64,000 nucleotides of DNA from Acidimicrobiales bacterium (GTDB lineage: Bacteria; Actinomycetota; Acidimicrobiia; Acidimicrobiales; Aldehydirespiratoraceae): assembly GCA_965200005.1 (NCBI GenBank), contig OZ241331.1, positions 763,862 to 827,861 on the forward strand. Direction: 5' to 3'. Positions 10,376-19,838 of this stretch are shown piece by piece; positions within the stretch are counted from its first letter, which is position 1, and each line of letters begins with the position of its first letter. Under the pieces are notes generated by a model. It was not told the origin of the DNA. It worked only from the letters and a program-made list of their open reading frames with translations, and made no database searches. The translations under genes were made by a program, and so were the position numbers.

Positions 10376-10379
<4 letters not shown>
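8964..10379 (+). CDS. GT-C fold glycosyltransferase, ArnT/PMT-like (paralogue 2)
   Basis: 471-aa polytopic ORF with the paralogous motifs INGDVLYHFTQGELIGDGHFF, LVRAEAALL and SPWVIYNNLRFEAP. Confidence 0.6.
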
Positions 10380-11988
<1,609 letters not shown>

Positions 11989-11992
<4 letters not shown>

Positions 11993-12348
11993 TGCTCCTC
12001 TAACACACCTGCTGATTCGAGCCGGGTGCGCATCAGAGCCACATCTTCGGCAAGAGTCTGAAGTCTCTGCTCGTTTCGTGACAGCTCAAATGACAGATGA
12101 ACGGTCGTTGCAAACAGGAACGCGGTCGACGCAAACAGAATCGTCGCTGGTTCGTACTCGATTCCGACTAGGTCAGAGATCGGCACCAACAGATCAGGTA
12201 CAGCGGCAAGAGGAAGCAAGGCGACAGCCACTATCGACCACAGCAAGGCGTACTTGGCTTTGAGTACTCGCTTGGAGACGAGCCGGTAGATGAACAACAC
12301 CGTCACAACGATGACGACGGCAACCAAGACATGGGCGCGAGGCGACAT
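11989..12348 (-). CDS. DUF2304-family small membrane protein
   Basis: 119-aa ORF with 3 hydrophobic helices and a C-terminal coiled tail (ELSRNEQRLQTLAEDVALMRTRLE), as in the DUF2304 proteins found beside glycosyltransferase genes. Its stop overlaps the convergent stop within CTAG (11989-11992). Confidence 0.6.
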
Positions 12349-12357
12349 GAGCCAAAG

Positions 12358-15096
12358 CTAATGGGCTGCCGTCAAGGGGTCAGGTGATCCGTCACTTGAT
12401 CTCTTGCTCACTTGATCACCTGGCGTGGCGGTAGCACGTACCTCGCTACTCCACGAGCTAAACGCAAGTGCGGCAAGCACCACTATCGCTATCTCGGCGG
12501 TGGCCCGAAGCCTCACAAGGCCATAAAAGGCTGCCGCAACCAGAGTTACCTGAACGAACGGCACCCCCATGATCCACGCTTCGGTGCGCTGACCTGCGCG
12601 CCATAGCCGCCACCACCCCCACGCAGCCGCTGGCACGAGCACCACATAACCGGCGAGCGCTAGGAGGGATGCCCAGCGTTCCCGGCCTTCACCTTGGTTT
12701 AGTTCGACCATTTGCAGCGGTCGGTAAATGCTCCAAACCCGACCTATCCGGGCCGCCACGACAGCCGGCAATTGTTCGGGGTGGTTGCGGGCATAGTTGA
12801 GCGCACTCTCGAGATAACGCTCCGACGCCTCGCTCTGGTCGAGCCCGTTTACGTCAACGGTCTCCTCTACGTGTTCCAGTGTCCAGAAGCCAAGAGCTCC
12901 ACCCGCATAGGTCTGAGGATTGTTCGCACCCGCAAGCGTTAGCCCGATGTTTGTGGACATGAACACGGGCTCGTTGAACCGCACCAAGTTGGCAGAAACC
13001 CACGGTGCAATGAGTACAACCACAGCGGCGAAAGCGGCTGCCGACCTGTACAACCGGGTACGCCACGACCCCGATGCGATCCAAACAACCGGCAGGACGA
13101 GCAAGGGCACGAGCATCAAGGCTTCTGATCGCGCAAGAGCCGCTACACCCACGCATCCTCCGAGCAACACCGCGCCAGCCATGTTCGGGGTGCGGTGAAA
13201 TCTCAGTGCTGCAAGAAGGGCTGCTGCGGTAGCCGCAACGACCAGCGTCTCGGACATGACGAGGCCATCATTTACCCAGAACCCCGCGTAGAGGGCAGCC
13301 AGTAGAGCAGCACCCATCCCCACACGAACGCCGCCCACGGCACGACCCAGCAGTCCCACAACCACTACCGAGACCACGCCTACGACAGCCATCGTCAGAC
13401 GTTGAGCAACTACGTGCGTGCCCGGCTCGCCTGGCAAGAATCCGGCAATTGCAGAAACTAAAGCAGTGAGTGGTGGATGATCTGCTGCTTGTGGTGCTGC
13501 AGCGAGAGCTTCTGAGCCTCGAAACGTCATTCCGAATTCGCTGAAATCGGCTGTCATTGACGGGTCGTGCCAGGGAACAACGAAGCCACGCCCATCAGCT
13601 AATGCATCACCTGCGAGTGCGTAATAGAACTGATCCCCGGGAAACACCGAATCGGGTTCAAGTATCGATTCTGTGCGCTTAGCGAAGAACACATAACCGA
13701 TACGCACTACGGCAGCGAGCACACCAATGACGCCCAATCGCAGCCGGAAGGATGCTTTAGTCCAACTTCGCGCTACTGCTGACACGGCCGTCTCTAGCGC
13801 CGTGAGATTTTGGGGGTGTCGACGAACATGACGTGACAACGTCAATGCGGGGCGTTCCACAAACCAGTAACTCGCCGTCGACACAACCAACGTGGGGACT
13901 CCCGCAATCACAGCAAGCGTGACCAATCGACTGTCAAGCGGTTCTACAAGTCCGCTCCAACCAAATGCTGTGTCGAACCACTCGGCGCGCACCGTCACAT
14001 TCCAGATACGCTCCACTACACGCTCAAACGGCCGCCACAAGTGAACGATGAACACCATGTGCCACAGATATACCGAATACGAGATTCGGCCCAGTGCAAC
14101 CATCAATGTCCCGGAAGTAACCCGCCGAACCAGTCCCCGCCGCTCACCCGAATCTCCAAAGACCAGCGGAAACAACAACGTCAAGGCGATAACGCCGTAA
14201 CAGAAGTGGCGAACCATCTCACGAGGCCAACCCGCGGACTCCATGCCACGCGCCAGACCCCCCCCCTGCGACAAGACAACAAACACCACAGCAGCCAAGA
14301 GCCACCACATACCCGCGGGTCGGCCCAGTCGTTCAAGCCGATCCCTTAGCGGTGTGTCAGATCGCAATCCCACATAAGCAACAGCGAGAGTCATCCCAAT
14401 CGCGAAGTAGTCGATCAATGCAGGAAGCCAGAGCAGTGCTGCCGGTGTCCAGTCGTTGGCAAGACCGTAAAGCCACAACCTAAAGAACACACTCGTCAAA
14501 TACAGACCCACCATGCACCACATCAGTGCAGCAACGCGCTGGCTACGACTGCCGAGCGTGCCAATCAAGGGACGTGCCAAGCGAGCGCCGATCGGCAGCA
14601 TCACATAGAAGGAGATCTCGGTTGCGAGACTCCAGGCTTGAGGCATCGGGCCTCTCACCCACTCCGGATGATGTATCTGCACCAGCGTTGCTGTGGTGAT
14701 CGCCATTGCGGTGCTCTTGAAGTGCTCGGAGGTGAGCCACACAATCAACCCAAGTGCAACCCAAAAGGCCGGATAGATCCGCAGCGCACGACGCCACAAG
14801 TGTTCAATCGCAGGCCGCAGCGGTGTGGTGTCAATGATCGACGCTGCCATGGGTCTGAACATCAAGAATCCCGACAGCGCAAAGAAAATCGGCACGCCAA
14901 TGTCGAGTCGAGCCAGTAGCCCACCGGCCCAGGATGTGAATGTTGCTTTCGACCAGAAGCCGACGTGATGAACGAAGACAGCACCTGCGGCTAATGCCCG
15001 CAGGCCATCAAGACTGTCGAAATGGCGCGCTAAGTGAAGACTGGATCTCGTTTGAGGTGTAGTTGGCGTGGTCAGCGAGCAAAGGTCGCAAGCCAC
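12358..15096 (-). CDS. Fusion: acyltransferase family 3 (OafA-like) + GT-C ArnT/PMT-like domain (paralogue 3)
   Basis: 912-aa ORF. N-terminal ~430 aa: FDSLDGLRALAAGAVFVHH and 10-TM-like acyltransferase_3 features. C-terminal ~470 aa: FPGDQFYYALAGDALADGRGF, LARSEALML and APWVSANLVRFNEP, matching the two upstream GT-C genes. Confidence 0.65.
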   Translation of the reverse strand: MACDLCSLTTPTTPQTRSSLHLARHFDSLDGLRALAAGAVFVHHVGFWSKATFTSWAGGLLARLDIGVPIFFALSGFLMFRPMAASIIDTTPLRPAIEHLWRRALRIYPAFWVALGLIVWLTSEHFKSTAMAITTATLVQIHHPEWVRGPMPQAWSLATEISFYVMLPIGARLARPLIGTLGSRSQRVAALMWCMVGLYLTSVFFRLWLYGLANDWTPAALLWLPALIDYFAIGMTLAVAYVGLRSDTPLRDRLERLGRPAGMWWLLAAVVFVVLSQGGGLARGMESAGWPREMVRHFCYGVIALTLLFPLVFGDSGERRGLVRRVTSGTLMVALGRISYSVYLWHMVFIVHLWRPFERVVERIWNVTVRAEWFDTAFGWSGLVEPLDSRLVTLAVIAGVPTLVVSTASYWFVERPALTLSRHVRRHPQNLTALETAVSAVARSWTKASFRLRLGVIGVLAAVVRIGYVFFAKRTESILEPDSVFPGDQFYYALAGDALADGRGFVVPWHDPSMTADFSEFGMTFRGSEALAAAPQAADHPPLTALVSAIAGFLPGEPGTHVVAQRLTMAVVGVVSVVVVGLLGRAVGGVRVGMGAALLAALYAGFWVNDGLVMSETLVVAATAAALLAALRFHRTPNMAGAVLLGGCVGVAALARSEALMLVPLLVLPVVWIASGSWRTRLYRSAAAFAAVVVLIAPWVSANLVRFNEPVFMSTNIGLTLAGANNPQTYAGGALGFWTLEHVEETVDVNGLDQSEASERYLESALNYARNHPEQLPAVVAARIGRVWSIYRPLQMVELNQGEGRERWASLLALAGYVVLVPAAAWGWWRLWRAGQRTEAWIMGVPFVQVTLVAAAFYGLVRLRATAEIAIVVLAALAFSSWSSEVRATATPGDQVSKRSSDGSPDPLTAAH

Positions 15097-15818
15097 TGCT
15101 CACGACTCTTCGGTTGAAACACGATGTTTCGTTCGCGAGTAATCCCCATGGTTGCCGATGATGCAACCGAGTAGCGGTGGCCGGGATAAAGCACGGCGTC
15201 GTCTGGAACATGAGCGAGTTTCGTTGTGAGACTCTCATACATCTGTGCCGGATCGGATCCCGGAAGATCCATCCTGCCGCAACCATCCAGAAACAGCGTG
15301 TCACCCGCAACTAGACGCCCATCAACCAGGAAACACTGGCTACCGGGAGTGTGACCTGGGGTGTGGATCAAAGTGATGTCAATGTCACCGACCGTCACAA
15401 CGTCACCCGAGCGATGACTCACAAGGTGATCCGCTCCGACACCAGTGACCGTCTGCACATATTGGGCCTCGTCGGCCTGTACATGGATCGGCACCGACAC
15501 TCGCTCGAGCAGCCGGCTAATACCAGTGATGTTGAAGCCCATCATGTCACCACCCACATGATCTGGGTGATAGTGAGTCGCAAGCACCCCAACACAAGTC
15601 ATGTCATCTGCTGCCAACACATCAAGTAAGTCATCTGTGTTATAGGCCGGGTCAACTAACACCGCTTGTGATGTGCTGCGGTCACCGATGGCGTAAACGA
15701 AGTTCACCATTTGAGCCGCGAGCCTGTCACCGGTAGCGAAGTCACGACCGGATAGCAGTTGACGGAAGTAGATGTGACTCTGCACGGCGGGCACCCTAAT
15801 AGCTGACCTGCGCCGCAC
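15072..15818 (-). CDS. MBL-fold metallo-hydrolase (glyoxalase II-like)
   Basis: 248-aa ORF with LATHYHPDHVGG (HxHxDH) and a later HTPGHTPGS. The start may be the internal GVG-proximal GTG (VPAVQSHIYFRQL). Confidence 0.75.
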   Translation of the reverse strand: MRRRSAIRVPAVQSHIYFRQLLSGRDFATGDRLAAQMVNFVYAIGDRSTSQAVLVDPAYNTDDLLDVLAADDMTCVGVLATHYHPDHVGGDMMGFNITGISRLLERVSVPIHVQADEAQYVQTVTGVGADHLVSHRSGDVVTVGDIDITLIHTPGHTPGSQCFLVDGRLVAGDTLFLDGCGRMDLPGSDPAQMYESLTTKLAHVPDDAVLYPGHRYSVASSATMGITRERNIVFQPKSREQWLATFAR

Positions 15819-15842
15819 GCCTCGCTTCTAGGCTTTGCGGTC

Positions 15843-16778
15843 GTGCCGGATCATCTGATGCCCACGGTCGCGTACCTCGGTCCTGCAGGGACGTTCACTG
15901 AGCAGGCCATCTTTTCCCAGCCTGATCTTGCAGTCATGCGCCACCGGCCGATCGAATCGATCATCGATGTGCTGGGTGCCGTAGAGAGTGGTGCCGTTGA
16001 CTTCGGTCTAGTGGCAATCGAGAACATGATCGAAGGCTCCGTTACAGCCACCCTGGATGCTCTCGCTTTCGACACGGATCTGTTTATCCAGCGCGAGGTG
16101 GTGATCAATGTCAACCTCAATCTGCTCGTCAACCACGGCGTGAGCTTGGATCAGATCAAGCGGGTTTCTTCATACCCCGTGGCCTACGCTCAGTGCCGCA
16201 AATATCTCAATACGCACCTACCTTCAGCCATCTTTGATGCCACTAATTCCACGGCAGATGCGGCACGCAAGGTTGCAACCTCGGGCGACGAGACAACAGC
16301 GGCAATTGCTCCGCTCCGATCAGCGGATGTCTATGGCTTAGAGGTACTCGCCCGAAAGATCGCCGACCGTGCCGACAATCAGACACGATTCGTGCTTGTT
16401 GGCTCCAAAGGGGTCGCTACACCAACCGGCAACGACAAAACCAGCCTCGTCGTATACCAACGTTCGGACGCTCCTGGGTCGTTGATTGGCATCTTGCAGG
16501 AGTTCGCTGCGAGAGCAATCAACCTGACAAGCCTCCAGAGCCGACCCACCAAGGCAAGCCTCGGTCAATACTGTTTTCTGCTCGACTGCGAAGGTCATAT
16601 CGCCGATGAAGTGCTTGCAGATGCACTAAGAAACCTTAGATTGAAGACTGCTCGAGTGAAGTTCCTCGGTTCTTACCCGGCCGCTGGTACTACCGAGGCG
16701 AGTACCAATGCAAACCATGTCGCCGCTCGCAAAGCACAGTCATGGATCGACGATCTTCGTTCACGGATACTCACTTAG
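15843..16778 (+). CDS. pheA: Prephenate dehydratase
   Basis: VAYLGPAGTFTEQA in the N-terminal PDT domain. C-terminal ACT-type segment TSLVVYQRSDAPGSLIGILQEFAARAINLTSLQSRP. ATG 15858 is an alternative start. Confidence 0.85.
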   Translation: MPDHLMPTVAYLGPAGTFTEQAIFSQPDLAVMRHRPIESIIDVLGAVESGAVDFGLVAIENMIEGSVTATLDALAFDTDLFIQREVVINVNLNLLVNHGVSLDQIKRVSSYPVAYAQCRKYLNTHLPSAIFDATNSTADAARKVATSGDETTAAIAPLRSADVYGLEVLARKIADRADNQTRFVLVGSKGVATPTGNDKTSLVVYQRSDAPGSLIGILQEFAARAINLTSLQSRPTKASLGQYCFLLDCEGHIADEVLADALRNLRLKTARVKFLGSYPAAGTTEASTNANHVAARKAQSWIDDLRSRILT

Positions 16779-16797
16779 GCCTATCCTTTCATCCACA

Positions 16798-16884
16798 GGA
16801 GGGATGGCAGAGCGGACGATTGCGACGGTCTTGAAAACCGTTGGGCCTTTGCGGGTCCCGGGGGTTCAAATCCCCCTCCCTCCG
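16798..16884 (+). tRNA. tRNA-Ser (anticodon TGA)
   Basis: Hand-folded cloverleaf. Acceptor GGAGGGA/TCCCTCC, anticodon arm ACGGT-CTTGAAA-ACCGT, long variable arm, T arm GGGGG-TTCAAAT-CCCCC. No encoded CCA. Confidence 0.9.
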
Positions 16885-16935
16885 CGTTGTTCTCATAGGA
16901 ACTACTAGTTGAACAGAACGCTTCGGTGGAATCTG

Positions 16936-18225
16936 ATGAAGTTGACAAGAGCGATTGCTTGCATTGCGGCGCTGGCATTACTCGCTGGAGCATGCGGCGA
17001 CAGCGACGAGGAGGCAGCATCCAGCGAGTCGGAGGAGTCAACTCAAGATGCCTCCGCTACGCAGCCCGTCGACGAAATGCCCACCGATGAAGCACCGACC
17101 ACGACTCAGGCTCCAACAACAACTGAACCTCCAACAACGACAACAGTCGCCCCGGATCCATCAGAGGAGATGCCCGAGACCGAAGTCGAAGTCGAAGTCG
17201 AAGTCCCAGAAGAGCCCGCAACAACTACAACCACAACGACCACGACAACCACGACTGTGCCGATGCCACAGTGGGAGAGGGTCGCTGGAACCGACGAGTG
17301 CATCTGTGCTGACGGCAGTGACTTCAGTTACTGGGTACGTGAGGCCGACCCGACCAGAGTTGTCTTCTACCTAGAGGGTGGAGGCGCATGCTTTAGTGCT
17401 GAGTCCTGCTCGTTTACCGAAGGCAGTTACACGCCAAACACCGGTGATGAAGATGACCCGACAGACGCGGGTGGCATCTTCGACTTTGAAAACCCCGCAA
17501 ATCCCGTTCGTGACTATTCCTTTGTGGCTGTTCCCTACTGCACGGGTGATGTTCATATCGGAAATGCGACCACCGAATACAGCGCAGACGTAACGGTGCA
17601 TCACAACGGATTTGTGAATGCCACTACCGCTCTAGCAGACCTTGCGACAAGGTTCCCTGATGTTGAAGAGATAGTCGTCGCAGGGTCGAGTGCAGGCTCG
17701 GCTGGGGCGCCCATATATGGCGGTCTTGCTGCCGACGCTGCCCCTGATGCAAGCATCCTCGTTGTTGCTGACGCTTCAGGTGCGTACCCGAGCGTCGGCC
17801 CGATCAATGCACTAATCGGCGGCTTGTGGGGATCAACAACGGTGGTCCCTGACTGGCCCGTTAATGAGGGTCTCACGGCCGAAGAATGGGGCCTAGTCGA
17901 ACTGTTTATTCAAACTGGGCGCCACGCACCACATGTTCGCTTCGCACGCTTCGACAATGCCTTTGACAGCACTCAGGAGTTCTTCGCCGGACTTGCTGGC
18001 TATTACGCAACGAACATGGATCAATTGATCCTTGGCAATGAGGCAATCATTGAGGCCGCTGGAGTCAATGTGATGAACTATCTCGCTCCCGGAACTGGGC
18101 ATACAATCCTGGGCCGTGACAGCTTCTATGACCTTGAGGTTGAAGGGGTTGCCTTTGTGGACTGGCTTACCGAGGCGATTAGCGGGGTCGAGGTAGCTGA
18201 TGTCACCTGCGTCGACTGCTCGTGA
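16936..18225 (+). CDS. Secreted lipoprotein, pectin acetylesterase-family-like esterase
   Basis: ATG 16936 gives MKLTRAIACIAALALLAGACG (lipobox). A T/P/E-rich linker follows, with EVEVEVEV and a poly-Thr run. The body has VVFYLEGGGACFSAESC, AVPYCTGDVHIGN and VVAGSSAGSAGA (GxSxG), which resemble the PAE/Notum fold. The ORF track start of 16909 is an upstream TTG. Confidence 0.55.
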   Translation: MKLTRAIACIAALALLAGACGDSDEEAASSESEESTQDASATQPVDEMPTDEAPTTTQAPTTTEPPTTTTVAPDPSEEMPETEVEVEVEVPEEPATTTTTTTTTTTTVPMPQWERVAGTDECICADGSDFSYWVREADPTRVVFYLEGGGACFSAESCSFTEGSYTPNTGDEDDPTDAGGIFDFENPANPVRDYSFVAVPYCTGDVHIGNATTEYSADVTVHHNGFVNATTALADLATRFPDVEEIVVAGSSAGSAGAPIYGGLAADAAPDASILVVADASGAYPSVGPINALIGGLWGSTTVVPDWPVNEGLTAEEWGLVELFIQTGRHAPHVRFARFDNAFDSTQEFFAGLAGYYATNMDQLILGNEAIIEAAGVNVMNYLAPGTGHTILGRDSFYDLEVEGVAFVDWLTEAISGVEVADVTCVDCS

Positions 18226-18299
18226 GTGTGACGGTTCACGCCCGATAGCACACGTCAGGCCTCAGTATCGGAGGCTGTGGCGTTACGCTTGAGAGTTCC

Positions 18300-18388
18300 G
18301 GAGACGTGGCCGAGTCCGGTTGAAGGCGCTTCCCTGCTAAGGAAGTAACGATGTAAGTCGTTCGTGGGTTCGAATCCCACCGTCTCCG
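18300..18388 (+). tRNA. tRNA-Ser (anticodon GCT)
   Basis: Acceptor GGAGACG/CGTCTCC, anticodon arm CTTCC-CTGCTAA-GGAAG, long variable arm, T arm GTGGG-TTCGAAT-CCCAC. Confidence 0.9.
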
Positions 18389-18509
18389 CGCCAACCCAGC
18401 AGCCTTTACCGCAGCGTTGAGACGGTAGTTGCGCGTCTGAATGCACGACATTCGGAGGGTTTCGGTCTTGTATGTCTGCGTTCGCCTCCCTAGACTGGCC
18501 ACTCCCCAA

Positions 18510-18584
18510 GCGCTCGTAGCTCAATTTGGATAGAGCATCTGACTACGGATCAGAAGGTTGGGGGTTCGAGTCCCTTCGAGCGCG
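18510..18584 (+). tRNA. tRNA-Arg (anticodon ACG)
   Basis: Acceptor GCGCTCG/CGAGCGC, D arm GCTC-AATTTGGATA-GAGC, anticodon arm TCTGA-CTACGGA-TCAGA. Confidence 0.9.
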
Positions 18585-18697
18585 CTACTCACATACGTGA
18601 CATACAAGAGCCCTCCGGCGAGACCGCCACTTCGCGACTACTCCCGGACAATGCCTACCGCTAACGTCCGAAGACTCAAAGCCCCGGGGAGCGCCAA

Positions 18698-19681
18698 ATG
18701 AGTGACAACGTGATGGAAGGTTTCGCTGCGGAGTATGCCGATCCTCCCGCCTACATCCTCGGCATTACCAAACAGATCTGGGAAGATCGTGGAGTCGACA
18801 GTCTGCGCGACCTCTACGCCGACGACGTAGTGGTGCGTTCACCAGCGGGCGTCGTGGTCGGTAATGAGCCTGTGATTGGCGCAACCCTGTCAACACTCGC
18901 AGAGTTCGGTGACCGGCAACTGCTCGGTGAGGATGTCATCTGGAGCGCCGATCCTGACGGCGGCTTTCTGTCGTCTCACCGCATCATGTCTCTGGCAACT
19001 CACGGCGGTGACGGGGCATATGGCCCAGCTAGCCACACCCAGTTGCGCTACCGGGTGATTGCTGATTGCGCAGCCCGCCACAACCAGATCTATGACGAGT
19101 GGCTGATCCGAGACCAGGGTGCGGTCGTGCGTCAACTAGGTGTCGATCCAAAGACCTTCGCTGCTGACCAGATTGCACAGGAAGACGGTATTGATCAGGC
19201 TGCCCGACCACTCTCTCCCGCCACCGATCACGCCAACCGCTACCGGGGCCTCGGCAACGACAGTGTGTGGGCTCAGCGCTACAGCGAACTTCTTGAAGGG
19301 ATCATGGCCGGAGCCTTGGGTGAGATCGCCAAGCGCTATGACCGGGCGGTGCATGCCTCGCTGCCCGGGGGTCGTAGCGCTCACGGCACGGCTGGATTGG
19401 ACGCCTTCTGGCTGGCACTGCGTAGCGCCTTCCCGTCCGCTGAGTTCAAGATCCACCACCGGATCGGTCGCGAAGATGCCTTGATGCCACCGCGGGCAGC
19501 GCTGCGCTGGTCGCTTCATGGTCGCCACGACGGCTGGGGGATGTTCGGAAATCCGTCGGGTGCCGATGTGTATGTGATCGGGATCAGTCACGTTGAGTTC
19601 GGAGCGGCTGGTATCCGTCGCGAATACGTTCTCATCGACGAGACGGCAATCTGGAAGCAGATCCTGTTGCATAGCGGCTAG
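18698..19681 (+). CDS. Tandem NTF2-like (SnoaL/ester-cyclase-like) domain protein, paralogue 1
   Basis: 327-aa ORF made of two SnoaL-like halves of about 150 aa each (ITKQIWEDRGVDSLRDLYADDVVV... and ...FKIHHRIGRED...REYVLIDETAIWKQI). Confidence 0.5.
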   Translation: MSDNVMEGFAAEYADPPAYILGITKQIWEDRGVDSLRDLYADDVVVRSPAGVVVGNEPVIGATLSTLAEFGDRQLLGEDVIWSADPDGGFLSSHRIMSLATHGGDGAYGPASHTQLRYRVIADCAARHNQIYDEWLIRDQGAVVRQLGVDPKTFAADQIAQEDGIDQAARPLSPATDHANRYRGLGNDSVWAQRYSELLEGIMAGALGEIAKRYDRAVHASLPGGRSAHGTAGLDAFWLALRSAFPSAEFKIHHRIGREDALMPPRAALRWSLHGRHDGWGMFGNPSGADVYVIGISHVEFGAAGIRREYVLIDETAIWKQILLHSG

Positions 19682-19800
19682 CACAAGCAACACCGGCAAA
19701 ACACAAGCAATACGTGCCATAGCAGCAATAACGGATTGCCATCTCCCGGCACCGAAGCCTGATACAAGGGAGGTAGCCAGGCTAATCGCCTTTGTATCAG

Positions 19801-19829
19801 TTGACGTTATGAATTCGTATACATAGGTT
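19801..19829 (+). promoter_or_regulatory. Candidate promoter giving a leaderless or near-leaderless transcript for the LacI-bicupin gene
   Basis: TTGACG (19801-19806), a 17-nt spacer, then TAGGTT (19824-19829, TAnnnT type). The ATG is at 19839, about 10 nt downstream of the -10 element. Confidence 0.3.
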
Positions 19830-19838
19830 ACGCAGACA

